From the IMG/VR virus record IMGVR_UViG_3300035228_001078: a stretch of 64,000 nucleotides of DNA. The stretch is one strand, 5' to 3'. Positions within the stretch are counted from its first letter, which is position 1. Each line of letters begins with the position of its first letter. The stretch comes from a virus. Shown here piece after piece: positions 9,111 to 18,976 of the stretch. The position numbers were made by a program, and so were the translations under genes. The notes under the pieces were generated by a model, which was not told the DNA's origin, did not search any database, and saw only the letters and a list, made by a program, of their open reading frames with translations.

Positions 9111-10025
9111 TTATTGTTTGGATGGCCAATATGTACTACCAGAGTAGTCGATTCCATCAGCAAGACCGCCCTTGTAATTGAAATTAAAGTCTCCAGTGAA
9201 AGCGTTGGTTTTGATTTTGGGATCATAATAGTTCTTATTCATATCATACTTAGAGTAATCAATATTAAGATCAGAGCCACCAAAATCACCAAACTTCATT
9301 TTTGATTGTCCTACAGGACTGCTGCTCCGTTTCGGGTTAGTGTTAACGAACTGGAATGGATCGTTATACTTTCTAAGTTGACCAGATCTATACGATCTAC
9401 TCAATTTATCTAGTCCACCAAAGAAGTGCCTGTCATATGTGAATGTGACTGACAACTCTAGCAATCTACTTTGATCATAAGAAACTGTTATTGGTGCAAG
9501 ACTCCTGGGAAAAGCATTTACATATGTGTATTCTACATCATGCTTATGATCTTTGTCAAATTTTTGAATACGCAAAGTTTCACACTTATAGTCTACAGGA
9601 TATTCCATCCTGTGATAGTAAGCTCTTCTAGTTGGATTCTCTGCCCCACCACTAGAAATAAATTCCTGCCACAACTCAAAAAATCTAACAACCCGATACT
9701 TATCATCGACTATGAAAGACATAGTAAAGTCAGGATAAATCCTTGTATGGGCATATTTCTGAATGATTCCCATAGCATGTCCAGACACTTGCGCCGTTGC
9801 AAATGATGTTCCTGGTAAGGAAGCAGTTTTACATAAGAGACCAAGATCTCTGAATATAAATTTATTAGTTACTTCATCATCTCTGTCTGTAATAAACTTG
9901 ATGAGCTTTGAAGGTAAGGACTGAAAGAAGACCTCATAGTGACTTGTAGTCGCTACTTCTTGAAAAAGTTTGCTAATAGATTGGGTCTGTATGCGTCTTG
10001 GATCTCTGTCCTTGATTAACCCCAC
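9111..10025 (-). CDS. baseplate tail-tube initiator (gp54/gp19-like fold)
   Basis: LLC..ASLPG, FFELWQ, Y.YVNAFP..L..I and L.VTFTY tube-family motifs. Confidence 0.65.
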   Translation of the reverse strand: MGLIKDRDPRRIQTQSISKLFQEVATTSHYEVFFQSLPSKLIKFITDRDDEVTNKFIFRDLGLLCKTASLPGTSFATAQVSGHAMGIIQKYAHTRIYPDFTMSFIVDDKYRVVRFFELWQEFISSGGAENPTRRAYYHRMEYPVDYKCETLRIQKFDKDHKHDVEYTYVNAFPRSLAPITVSYDQSRLLELSVTFTYDRHFFGGLDKLSRSYRSGQLRKYNDPFQFVNTNPKRSSSPVGQSKMKFGDFGGSDLNIDYSKYDMNKNYYDPKIKTNAFTGDFNFNYKGGLADGIDYSGSTYWPSKQ

Positions 10026-10058
10026 ACTAAATACTCCATGTGAAACATTTTTTAATTA

Positions 10059-10493
10059 ATGGCATATAAAGGTAAGTATCGCCCTAGCAATATTGAAAAA
10101 TATCGAGGAGACCATAGTAACATTATTTATCGCAGTTTATGGGAAAGAAAGTTCATGGCATACTGTGATCGCAACCCAAACATATTAGAATGGGGTAGCG
10201 AAGAGATTGTTATCCCATATCGCTCACCTCTTGACGGAAGAATACATAGATATTTCCCTGATTTTTATATTAAAGTTAGAGAAAAAGGTGGTAAGGTACA
10301 AAGGTATATTATAGAAGTAAAACCTAAAAAACAATGCATCGAACCTAAAAAACAAAAACAACGAACTCCTACTTATATTAGAGAAGTGACTGAGTATGCT
10401 AAGAATCAGGCAAAATGGAGTGCAGCGAAAGAATATTGTAAAGATCACTTATATCAATTCAAAATCTTAACAGAAGATAATCTAGGAGTATGA
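10059..10493 (+). CDS. gp4: head completion nuclease gp4
   Basis: YRSLWE, W.SEEI.IPY, YFPDF, IEVKP, N.AKW. Confidence 0.92.
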   Translation: MAYKGKYRPSNIEKYRGDHSNIIYRSLWERKFMAYCDRNPNILEWGSEEIVIPYRSPLDGRIHRYFPDFYIKVREKGGKVQRYIIEVKPKKQCIEPKKQKQRTPTYIREVTEYAKNQAKWSAAKEYCKDHLYQFKILTEDNLGV

Positions 10494-10837
10494 GTAGACT
10501 TCAACCAATTGTAGATAAATTCAGTGGTTTAGAAAACCCAGAAGATACCATGCTGGAACTAATGTCAGTTCTAGATGACATGGAGATAGTGCCAGAACCA
10601 GGACAATATTATACTTTTTTATATACTGCTAAGACGCCAAATATAAGGTATGACCAACACCCACTAATTATGTGTACAGATGTAGAACAGTGGGGTTTTA
10701 GGGGATTTAATTTCCACTGGGGTAAGAGCAGAAACTACACTTGGGGAGAATGTCAAAGTCAGCTATACACGATAAAACCCAATGAAATTGATGATGCACG
10801 GTCACTATCCTACGCTAGTTTAAAGATGTCAACATAA
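10490..10837 (+). CDS. DNA end protector protein (gp2-like, short)
   Basis: F.Y.AKTP..YDQHPLI...F.G.NFHW; follows gp4. Confidence 0.6.
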   Translation: MSRLQPIVDKFSGLENPEDTMLELMSVLDDMEIVPEPGQYYTFLYTAKTPNIRYDQHPLIMCTDVEQWGFRGFNFHWGKSRNYTWGECQSQLYTIKPNEIDDARSLSYASLKMST

Positions 10838-10871
10838 ATATTGGCAAAAGAATAGCACTTTTTATATTTTT

Positions 10872-11186
10872 ATGCTTTCCACTCAATATCGCCTCCGATT
10901 GGAGTTTATTTGTAAATGTATCGCAAACAATGAAGATGTGAAACTAGATGACATGATTTGGGCACAAAAACTTGCTAAGGCAAATACATCTGCCAATGAG
11001 ATGTTAAAAATGGCAAGACGCCAAGCATCTCAAAACATTGAAGAAGGAAGCACCGATGATTTTCTGAATAGGATGGGTTTAGGAGATCCCGATCCATCCA
11101 ACCATAAAAAGGGATTCAGTGATGCTGACGATATCAAAAATTGGTTCAAACAGGAGAAACCAGATGATTGGAGGCAAAGAGATTAA
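10872..11186 (+). CDS. conserved cyanophage hypothetical protein
   Basis: clean ORF after late-promoter-like ATAAATA (10834-10840). Confidence 0.7.
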   Translation: MLSTQYRLRLEFICKCIANNEDVKLDDMIWAQKLAKANTSANEMLKMARRQASQNIEEGSTDDFLNRMGLGDPDPSNHKKGFSDADDIKNWFKQEKPDDWRQRD

Positions 11187-11412
11187 CGATTTCGATCTTT
11201 ACGAAGACGACTGGTATGCAAGTTTTAACATGGGTATACAAGAGGTAAGATCTCTTTATGCAATTATTTGTTATGCACATGAAACTTGGCCAGGGTCTCC
11301 TGCAAGACCTCCTGAAGAACAAGAGCATCTTCGCTCCCTAAAATTGAGATTGTTTGCAATTATGTCTCAATATGCTTTTGATTGCATGGAGCTAGATGGA
11401 GACACTAAATAA
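11119..11412 (+). CDS. hypothetical protein (start may be downstream)
   Basis: fills the gap in the + strand operon. Confidence 0.6.
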   Translation: MMLTISKIGSNRRNQMIGGKEINDFDLYEDDWYASFNMGIQEVRSLYAIICYAHETWPGSPARPPEEQEHLRSLKLRLFAIMSQYAFDCMELDGDTK

Positions 11413-11424
11413 CAATAAAAACTA

Positions 11425-12324
11425 ATGGCTAAAATCTATCGTTACCCATACGATATGATGGACCGATCAACAGATTACATGTTGATTGAGTCAATTGAAT
11501 ATAAACCGTCTGGCAAGATGCCAGATTTTACTGGTGCTAACTCTCCCTTTCAGAGATTGAAGACGGAAAAAGCAAAGTATAATATTGTGCTGCCTATGCC
11601 TAATCAGATTGCATCGGCAAATACTGTTGGATGGGGAGAATCTAGAATTAGTTCGTTAGCAGGTGCTGGATATAACGCGGCAGCAGGCGGTCTCACTTCA
11701 GCGACGGCGACGAATGGACTTATGGCTGGTGCTTCAGCTGCTCTTAATACTGCAAGAGGTACAATTGCTGATAACGCTGGTGCAGCAGGACAACCCGCAG
11801 TGGGTACTGAAATAAGAAATTATATTAGAGACTTGGCAGCTGCTTCCGCAATTAACGCTGTCGCTGGTAGTAATATCAGAGCGGGAGACTTCATGGCAAG
11901 AACTCAAGGTAAGATTGTAAACCAAAACCTTGAATTGCTATTTAATGGTGTAGCATTAAGACCGTTTAACTTTGCTTGGGACTTAACACCTAGAGATGAA
12001 AAAGAATCTGGAGAAATTAGAGAGATACTTTACAGATTAAAGAAATCATCAGCAGCAAGAAGAACAAATAACTTATTCCTTGGCAGTCCTGATGTATGGA
12101 GACTTTCATACAGAAAAGGAACACAAGTGCATGGATTCTTAAATAGATTTAAGATCTGCGCTCTGACAAATGTTGGTGTCAACTACACTGGTTCTGGTCA
12201 GTACGCTAGTTACAATGATAGTATGGGAACTCCAGTTCACATGCAACTATCACTCAACTTCACGGAGTTAGAACCTATCTATCGTGAGGACTATGAAACC
12301 TATCAAGGAGGCTCTGGTTTCTAA
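11425..12324 (+). CDS. gp48: baseplate tail tube cap gp48
   Basis: LPMP, N.NLELLFNG..LR.F.F.W..TPR, CALT...VNY, L.F.ELEP. Confidence 0.9.
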   Translation: MAKIYRYPYDMMDRSTDYMLIESIEYKPSGKMPDFTGANSPFQRLKTEKAKYNIVLPMPNQIASANTVGWGESRISSLAGAGYNAAAGGLTSATATNGLMAGASAALNTARGTIADNAGAAGQPAVGTEIRNYIRDLAAASAINAVAGSNIRAGDFMARTQGKIVNQNLELLFNGVALRPFNFAWDLTPRDEKESGEIREILYRLKKSSAARRTNNLFLGSPDVWRLSYRKGTQVHGFLNRFKICALTNVGVNYTGSGQYASYNDSMGTPVHMQLSLNFTELEPIYREDYETYQGGSGF

Positions 12325-12971
12325 TGACACAAGACCGATATTTCGATATTTTACCTAACTTTAAATACATCAATCCTGCCCAGGAAGGCGGGAAGAGAGA
12401 ACAGTATGTTGAAGTAAAAAATCTTTTTACTAGAGTCAAGTTAAACAAATCTGTTCTTGCAAATATTACCAGTTTTCAATCTTATAGTATCTCAGATGGT
12501 GAGAGACCTGATAGTGTTGCAGAAAGACTCTATGAAGATCCAGATCTTGATTGGATAGTTTTGCTATCAGCTAACATTACTAGTGTTCAAGATCAGTGGC
12601 CACTTTCATCTAGAATTCTGTATGAAATTGCAGAAGAAAAATATGGAACTGCTCTGAACGAAGTTCACCATTACGAAACCAAACAGGTTAGGGATAGTAA
12701 GGGAAGACTGGTGCTTCCTGGTGGTCTTACAGTTGATCAAGGATTCACCATACCAGATCCAAACAACGCCCTGCAGGATCTAGATCCAACAACAGCAGTA
12801 TCTAACTGGTTGGTAGAAACTAGAAAAAACAACAAAAAAAGAGAGATCCAAGTACTGCGTCAGCAGTATGTGAATCAGCTCATTGATGATGCAATTGATT
12901 TAGTACAGTATCAGGAGTCGTCTCAGTTTAGTGAGGACGGCGGTAAAGTTGCCTTTAACGACCTGATCTAG
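12324..12971 (+). CDS. gp53: baseplate wedge gp53
   Basis: YF..LP, KNLF.R, I.DGERPD.VA..LY.D..LDWIVL, HHYET. Confidence 0.9.
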   Translation: MTQDRYFDILPNFKYINPAQEGGKREQYVEVKNLFTRVKLNKSVLANITSFQSYSISDGERPDSVAERLYEDPDLDWIVLLSANITSVQDQWPLSSRILYEIAEEKYGTALNEVHHYETKQVRDSKGRLVLPGGLTVDQGFTIPDPNNALQDLDPTTAVSNWLVETRKNNKKREIQVLRQQYVNQLIDDAIDLVQYQESSQFSEDGGKVAFNDLI

Positions 12972-13369
12972 ACTAATGCTTCTAATTCTGCAACAGTGGT
13001 TGCAGAGTCGATAGTAGAATATGGAACAGCAGGATTATCCTTCAGAGACGGGGACTCTCCCTTCATTTCTGCTAGGGCTGTTGTCTCCTGATTTTCTGTT
13101 CTGGTCTGAAGATACTTGCTCTCCAGATTTTTCTTGCAAATTTGTTTTGCACTTGCAAGATCCACATCCACAGTCGAACTTGAGTGGTTGTACTTCCATG
13201 CGTTTCTAAATGTTGTAGTAGGTAACTCGGTGTGGGTGATTACCGAGTATTCAGACACAGGAACATCCTTTGCGATAATATCCTCATCGGAAAGAACACA
13301 CTGCTCAGAGGGCACAACGACATTGCAATAACCGTCTGCCCCATTATAGACAATCAGTTGACGGGACAT
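12968..13369 (-). CDS. hypothetical protein, tail-fibre-assembly-like
   Basis: IIAKDVP...ELP...FRNAW motif seen in fibre-associated phage proteins. Confidence 0.5.
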   Translation of the reverse strand: MSRQLIVYNGADGYCNVVVPSEQCVLSDEDIIAKDVPVSEYSVITHTELPTTTFRNAWKYNHSSSTVDVDLASAKQICKKNLESKYLQTRTENQETTALAEMKGESPSLKDNPAVPYSTIDSATTVAELEALV

Positions 13370-13530
13370 TAGGTTGGAGTAGAAACTACAATGTTGGTTG
13401 CGTTAGTGAATAGGATTGTTACTTTTTTCGAGGCATCTGAGTCATCAGCAGCGAATACTTCGACTGTTTTTGTATCAGTGCCAGCACCTTCATTAAAGGT
13501 TGCCAAATAACGATTTGCTGTAAATGCCAT
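13369..13530 (-). CDS. small hypothetical protein, 53 aa (not in ORF track)
   Basis: MAFTANRYLATFNEGAGTDTKTVEVFAADDSDASKKVTILFTNATNIVVSTPT; TAATG overlap with next gene; ATAAATA upstream (13557-13563). Confidence 0.7.
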   Translation of the reverse strand: MAFTANRYLATFNEGAGTDTKTVEVFAADDSDASKKVTILFTNATNIVVSTPT

Positions 13531-13555
13531 AGTTGGACAGCTAACTTGTACTGGA

Positions 13556-15175
13556 TTATTTATCTACTATATAATCACCAATAACCAAACAATCAATATC
13601 CATGCTAAGAAAAGCTTGAACAGCGTAGTATGGTGACTCTACTATTGGGTCTCCATTATCATTAAATGAGGTATTAACAACTACAGGAGGATCTAGAGTT
13701 GTTAGTAACTCATGGAGTTTTGGATTCCATGTTTTCCTAAGTGTTTGAATCCTACATGTACCATCAGCATGTGTTATTGCAGGAATTAAATCACTTTTAA
13801 CAGTTTGAGAGTAAAGCATGTGAGGTGTAGAGAATGCCTCTTCAAAGTATTCACTGACATTTTCCTCAGGTATAATCCCAGCAAAGGGTCTCCAAGGTTC
13901 TCTGTGCTTAACTCTTTTATTCAGTACATCTTTGTTTTCTGCCTTTGACGGACTCATAAAGATGGATCTAGATCCAAGAGCTCTTGGTCCATGCTCAGAT
14001 CTACCTTGGAACCAAGCCACAATTAAATTGTCTTGTATTCTTTGCGATACCTTATCAACATCGTATGGTTGATAATCTAGATCAAACAAATCTAATGCTT
14101 TTGTGATATCAGAATTAGTATATTCTTTGCCCAATAACGCTAGATTTGCAGGTGTAGATATGCTTAGGTTTTCTTCAAAACATCCCCAAATAGCAGCACC
14201 AAAGTGTATACCAGAATCATCTGGGAATGGGGGAATATGAATAGATTTAAACAAACCACTTTCTCTGATCTTGGTATTTGCCAAGATGTTTAAGAATGAT
14301 CCACCAGCAAAACAAACTCTGTCAGTCAAATGATATCTTCTAAGTTTTTTAAGAAGTTCAATTAACCCATCCTCAAAATTCTTCTGGAGAGTATATGCAG
14401 CATCCTCAACACTATCAATGCCATCAACCCATACCGTATCAAAATTAATATAAGGAATAGAATGATCTGTTACATTATACAATTTCTGATATTTTTCAGA
14501 GTTTCCGTAAGCTGATAGACCCATGATCTTACCAGCGCAACCAATTTGAGTTGACCAATTATCTACATCCTTCCCAGTCTTTACAGCGTATATCTGTGAT
14601 GCTGCAACAGAGTAGATTTGACCAAAGTTATTATAGAATCCTTCAGGCATGTTATAGAACCTGAAGATACCCTTCTCTTTGTTAAAAAATCCAATTGAAT
14701 TATTCTCTATGTAATCAACCATGTCTCTAAATGGATCGTCAATTATAGATCCACCACCGTCAAATGTTAGAAAACTTCCCTCATTGAAAGGAGATGTAAA
14801 AACAGTAGATGCAGCATGACATAGATGATGCCCCACTGATTTAAGTTCTGCCTTTGGAAAAGACTTCCTCAGCATCTTGGTCACTGTACCATTCTCAATT
14901 TGATGCAGATTTATGACATGACTCGTCGGTACATGATAAACTAAATTTACATCATCTTTAGTGATTTGACCAACAGAAAGACAATAATCTATAGATTTTT
15001 GTGGATAATTTCCATCATATTTTGTTTTAGTAAGTCTTTCTTCGTTGATGCTACAGACATGTTTGCCGTTAATAAAAAGAGTACACCCCGCGTCATGGAC
15101 GAAGGATGTACTCTCGGATACAAACTCTAGGTTTGCATCCCAATCATAAGCACCATAGATGCCAATTATGATCAT
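13556..15175 (-). CDS. carbamoyltransferase (NodU/CmcH family)
   Basis: HDAG, EERL, HHLCHA, GKIMGLSAYG, FQGRSE.GPRALG.RSI, KHRE.WRPFA, NTSFN. Confidence 0.92.
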   Translation of the reverse strand: MIIIGIYGAYDWDANLEFVSESTSFVHDAGCTLFINGKHVCSINEERLTKTKYDGNYPQKSIDYCLSVGQITKDDVNLVYHVPTSHVINLHQIENGTVTKMLRKSFPKAELKSVGHHLCHAASTVFTSPFNEGSFLTFDGGGSIIDDPFRDMVDYIENNSIGFFNKEKGIFRFYNMPEGFYNNFGQIYSVAASQIYAVKTGKDVDNWSTQIGCAGKIMGLSAYGNSEKYQKLYNVTDHSIPYINFDTVWVDGIDSVEDAAYTLQKNFEDGLIELLKKLRRYHLTDRVCFAGGSFLNILANTKIRESGLFKSIHIPPFPDDSGIHFGAAIWGCFEENLSISTPANLALLGKEYTNSDITKALDLFDLDYQPYDVDKVSQRIQDNLIVAWFQGRSEHGPRALGSRSIFMSPSKAENKDVLNKRVKHREPWRPFAGIIPEENVSEYFEEAFSTPHMLYSQTVKSDLIPAITHADGTCRIQTLRKTWNPKLHELLTTLDPPVVVNTSFNDNGDPIVESPYYAVQAFLSMDIDCLVIGDYIVDK

Positions 15176-16062
15176 TCTTCAGCGAGCTTCTGGAAATAGG
15201 ACAGTGCATCGTCTTCACTTTCCTGTGAAGACATCTGTTTTGCAGGAGGATTGATATCAGGATCATTGAATCCACCAGTAGACTCCTCATCAAATGTTTC
15301 GGGATCAGGACGACTCGATTGTGTCTTGTTACCAAGAACATAGTTAAGACGCTTCTTCAGATCATCATATGACTTGAACTGATCGGCAGCAGTGATTTCT
15401 GCAAGAGAATATTCTTTCTTCCAGATTGCTTCCATAGCTTCATCGTCATCTAAGAGAGCACCGCCACGAGCAAACTCAGAACTATCGTAGTTCCAGTAAC
15501 CAGCAACTTTCTTGATTTTGATCTTGAAGTCTGCACCTGCCCAGAAATCAAAGGGATTGATAGGCTCTTCGTCTTCAAACTCAGGTTGCATGGCAGACAT
15601 GATCTTATCAAAGATCTTCTTACCAAACTTGTAGAGGAATACTTTACCCTCATTATCAGGGTTAGATGGGTCCTTCACAACATAGATGTTGCTGTAATAC
15701 TGAAGCTTACGCTTCTGCTTACGAGCAGTTTCTTTGTCTGAATCAACACCAGTGTTCCAAAGTTCACTGTTATATTCAGATACAGGATCCTTAGAACCGT
15801 TAGTGGTCAAGGAATTTTCGATGTACCAACCGCCAGGACCTTGGAAGGCGTGAGAGTACAGTTTTGCCCAGGGAAGGTCTTCACCATCGGGGGCAGGAAG
15901 GAAACGGACTACTGCGTAACCGTTACCAGCTTTATCGACTTCGGGTTTCCAAAGACGATCATCTCCAGAACCACCACCTTTATTGGTTTTTTCTACTTCC
16001 TTTACCAGTTTGGCGGTAAGGGCACCAAGGGAGGATTGTTTTTTGAGTGATGCAAAAGACAT
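15172..16062 (-). CDS. gp32: single-stranded DNA-binding protein gp32
   Basis: D.RLWKP..DKAGNGYAV.RFLP, HAFQGPGGWYIEN, acidic tail ending YFQKLAEE. Confidence 0.97.
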   Translation of the reverse strand: MSFASLKKQSSLGALTAKLVKEVEKTNKGGGSGDDRLWKPEVDKAGNGYAVVRFLPAPDGEDLPWAKLYSHAFQGPGGWYIENSLTTNGSKDPVSEYNSELWNTGVDSDKETARKQKRKLQYYSNIYVVKDPSNPDNEGKVFLYKFGKKIFDKIMSAMQPEFEDEEPINPFDFWAGADFKIKIKKVAGYWNYDSSEFARGGALLDDDEAMEAIWKKEYSLAEITAADQFKSYDDLKKRLNYVLGNKTQSSRPDPETFDEESTGGFNDPDINPPAKQMSSQESEDDALSYFQKLAEE

Positions 16063-16103
16063 AAGATTCGGCTTGTGTAATTGGATTTGGTCTTTACAGG
16101 TCT

Positions 16104-16132
16104 ATTATAGGGCGGACCCACGCCCATGTCAA
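16104..16132 (-). promoter_or_regulatory. sigma70-type promoter of gp32
   Basis: TTGACA-N17-TATAAT, perfect consensus. Confidence 0.85.
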
Positions 16133-16461
16133 GGTTCGATTTGATCCCTGACTTTAGCAAGTGTTTTCTGCATGTTACCAAACAGAACGGCACAGTCAAC
16201 ATCTTTTGGGAATCCCATAAGAACTGCTGATTGTCTCACAGTCTCTTTCATAGAGACTGCTCTAGGATCGTCAGACAGACTCAATCTTGTATACAGATTT
16301 CTCTGCCTTTCCAGCAGATCGTCTAACTTATTAAGATGAACTAACTTTTCATCCTTATCCAAATTGGCGAACTCAAACACTTCAGAATAAACTTGCTCCT
16401 GAAGCTCATTGATCTCTTCCATTGCTTTTTGGACTACTGGAGAATCGAAAAAGTCTGACAT
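16129..16461 (-). CDS. conserved cyanophage protein (DUF1825-like)
   Basis: FFDS.VV, LYTRL.LSDDP.A; usual position upstream of gp32. Confidence 0.7.
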   Translation of the reverse strand: MSDFFDSPVVQKAMEEINELQEQVYSEVFEFANLDKDEKLVHLNKLDDLLERQRNLYTRLSLSDDPRAVSMKETVRQSAVLMGFPKDVDCAVLFGNMQKTLAKVRDQIEP

Positions 16462-16479
16462 AATCCTCGTGCCTTGGGG

Positions 16480-17043
16480 TTATTTAGTGGGGAGTATGGT
16501 AGTTACTAAAATTACTCTTCTACCTTTAGTTGGACTTTGCATGTAATGTTTACCACTAAACAAAATTATATCATCCTCTGAAGGATCGTGGTAATCATAA
16601 GTTCCTGGGGATGTACTTTCGCAAAAAGTTTTTCCACCATTATCTGTAAAATATATTATAACATTTCCGTGTGGATACTGGTGATCAATATGAGGCAAGC
16701 TGTTGTATACTTTATCCTCAGCATGAACGCAATTCAAAGATATTCTCAAATAAGATGCAAAGTCTATTTTATTAAATTCAAAAATTTCATTTAATGCTTT
16801 GATAACTCCATGCCTTTCATCATCATCAGAGTGACCAGGTTTTGGATACTTATATTCATTTTCTGGTCTTTCTAAGATAGTCCTAGTATAAAAAGGAAGA
16901 TTCTTTTGTTCCCCATCAACACCATCATTATCAATATAATTAGGTGTTGCTGTGGGAATATAAGACCACATGATATCTGTACCCAAAACCCACCGCTTTA
17001 ATCTTATATAATTGTCGGATTGCGGATTTTTGAGTCTTTTCAT
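16480..17043 (-). CDS. 2OG-Fe(II) oxygenase-like protein
   Basis: PHID, IIYF, GG.T.F, F.GKH, RRVIL. Confidence 0.65.
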   Translation of the reverse strand: MKRLKNPQSDNYIRLKRWVLGTDIMWSYIPTATPNYIDNDGVDGEQKNLPFYTRTILERPENEYKYPKPGHSDDDERHGVIKALNEIFEFNKIDFASYLRISLNCVHAEDKVYNSLPHIDHQYPHGNVIIYFTDNGGKTFCESTSPGTYDYHDPSEDDIILFSGKHYMQSPTKGRRVILVTTILPTK

Positions 17044-17294
17044 ATAGGCAGTTTTGCCCTTGTGGTTTTCTTCATGAAGTTAAGTTCAATAGCATCCCGT
17101 TTAATCTTTTCCTTAAGAGGTTTTGAGATTAACTTAGATACCGAATCCACTTCTATACTATTCTTTTCACAGAATAAAATAATTGCCTCAATATAGTTCA
17201 CTTTTTCTTCTATCACAAGTCCCTCTATCTCTAGAGAGAATTTGGCAGAATTCATGAATTTTTTATCTAAGGCTTTAGATAGTTCATTTTCCAT
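17040..17294 (-). CDS. gp33: late transcription co-activator gp33
   Basis: YIEAI..FCE.N.IE...V.KLISKPLKEK..RDA..LNF. Confidence 0.9.
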   Translation of the reverse strand: MENELSKALDKKFMNSAKFSLEIEGLVIEEKVNYIEAIILFCEKNSIEVDSVSKLISKPLKEKIKRDAIELNFMKKTTRAKLPI

Positions 17295-17949
17295 TTAGTT
17301 GCAGATGAAATTCCAGAAAATTACGAATATAGGATACCAACATATTCATATACTTCATTTTATCATACTCTTGGTACACTACACAATCACCGTCTTCACA
17401 TGCCATGATTATGACAAATTTTTTAACTGGAATGCCTGTCAACTCATAGTACATACAAGCATATGCTGCACACTGTACAAAATATCCATCAATCCAAGCT
17501 CTTGGTTTTGGTTTTGCTGATGTTTTGAAGTCAATAATAGCTAGTTCACCATCATATTCTGCAATACAATCAACAGTTCCCGCAACACCAAGTTGCTTGC
17601 TGTACATGGATCCTTCTAATGTGTGTATGTTATCAATCTTATTTAAGTTTGGTTTGGCAATTTTAAATAAGAAATTGGGTAGGGGTTTCACTACAGGAAG
17701 ACTCTCGTTCTTCAAATAGTATTCAGTCAGCGTGTGCATGTCAGTGCCACGACTGGTAGCTTTACGAGTAATCTCGTTTGCTTTATCTTCTCCTACCCTT
17801 TTACGCCACTTGACGAATGTATCTCTGTTAAAGAAACTAATAACAGATGTGATTGAAACCAGTTTTGAGTCTGGTGTATCATAATATCGAACTCCGTCTA
17901 TAGTCTCTCTAGAGAGACTTGGGAGTTGTGTGTCAACATGATTAAACAT
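17284..17949 (-). CDS. PD-(D/E)XK exonuclease (Cas4-like)
   Basis: SITSV, RGT.MH, AGTVDCIAE, IDFKT, Q..AYA. Confidence 0.88.
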   Translation of the reverse strand: MFNHVDTQLPSLSRETIDGVRYYDTPDSKLVSITSVISFFNRDTFVKWRKRVGEDKANEITRKATSRGTDMHTLTEYYLKNESLPVVKPLPNFLFKIAKPNLNKIDNIHTLEGSMYSKQLGVAGTVDCIAEYDGELAIIDFKTSAKPKPRAWIDGYFVQCAAYACMYYELTGIPVKKFVIIMACEDGDCVVYQEYDKMKYMNMLVSYIRNFLEFHLQLNGK

Positions 17950-18701
17950 TACATACCGAGTGCCAATTTGGTGGTTAGATATTCTTTGCAGAGACCTGAC
18001 CGAACAATGTCCTCAACACCAAATTCAATGGTAGCGAATGATGGCATTTGTTCTAGGATTTTCATAAAATCCAGAATACCGTTTTTTTCGTAGGTTTTTG
18101 TCAAGTCAGTTTGAGTCGCGTCTCCACAAAAGTGGATTTTGGAGTTTTCTCCAACACGAGTGATGATCGAATCAAGTTCGTGGAAATTTAAATTCTGACA
18201 CTCATCGACAATGACAATAGCATCATCGAGTGTTGTACCGCGAATAAAACTCGTGGACCAGAATGAAATTGTTTCTTGCTGCTTAAGATTGCCATAGAGC
18301 ATTTCAAAATCAGCGGAAGACGGCATCTCAAACATATATTTTACCATATTCTTGTAGGGAATTTGGTAAAGTGCTGATTTGTCTTCATGATCACCAGGTA
18401 AGAATCCAATCTCTCTGGTTGAAACAAGAGATCTTACAATATAGATTTTAGTGTATGGGGAGTTTTCGTCAAGTACATCCCTAAGTGCATTGTAAAGCAC
18501 AATGAATGTTTTACCTGTTCCAGCTGCACCGTATGCAAAAATGTTTTTTCCTTTTTTATAGTCTGAGAAAAGAGATTCTTGGTTATCAGTGAGTGGAGTG
18601 ATATCCACCAAAAGGTCAGTGTTGATCGGTTTTTTCCTTCTCATCTGCTTAGCAGTGAGTCCAACACCGATTGAACTGTCAGTTTTTCTCTTCCTTGGCA
18701 T
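17949..18701 (-). CDS. phoH: PhoH-like ATPase
   Basis: GAAGTGKT, GFLPG, RGTTLD, IVDECQN, CGD..Q.D, DIVRSGL. Confidence 0.95.
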   Translation of the reverse strand: MPRKRKTDSSIGVGLTAKQMRRKKPINTDLLVDITPLTDNQESLFSDYKKGKNIFAYGAAGTGKTFIVLYNALRDVLDENSPYTKIYIVRSLVSTREIGFLPGDHEDKSALYQIPYKNMVKYMFEMPSSADFEMLYGNLKQQETISFWSTSFIRGTTLDDAIVIVDECQNLNFHELDSIITRVGENSKIHFCGDATQTDLTKTYEKNGILDFMKILEQMPSFATIEFGVEDIVRSGLCKEYLTTKLALGM

Positions 18702-18705
18702 AATT

Positions 18706-18957
18706 TTAGTCGAGGGTTAGTTTTTGACGATTTCTACCAGTTTTTTGTGCTCCTTTGAGCACTTCATTCCATCCTGGGTGGGATTTACGAAGTTTATCTT
18801 TCCACTCACCCACTTCACCCACACCTGGGGTGTTTTCTGGTGTATAGAATCTCTCCCAATCGGGATTGTCCTCAGTCCACTGGTCCCATGCATGAACGCT
18901 CATGACGATCTCTTTAGTCTCGCCAGTTTCTTTGTGCTTTACTGGATAAGTTGCCAT
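18706..18957 (-). CDS. conserved cyanophage hypothetical protein
   Basis: MATYPV...TGE.KE; typical neighbour of phoH. Confidence 0.75.
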   Translation of the reverse strand: MATYPVKHKETGETKEIVMSVHAWDQWTEDNPDWERFYTPENTPGVGEVGEWKDKLRKSHPGWNEVLKGAQKTGRNRQKLTLD

Positions 18958-18976
18958 ACCAAATAATAGTGTAGTT

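Noticed and set aside
534-9806. Many + strand ORFs antisense to baseplate genes
   Set aside because: They are shadows of well-supported minus-strand genes, with no motifs of their own
10059-10493. TnsA-like motifs suggesting a transposon
   Set aside because: It is gp4 head-completion nuclease in its normal synteny
17284-17949. Cas4-like nuclease as a sign of CRISPR
   Set aside because: Core T4-like cyanophage exonuclease; no repeat-spacer array or other cas genes seen
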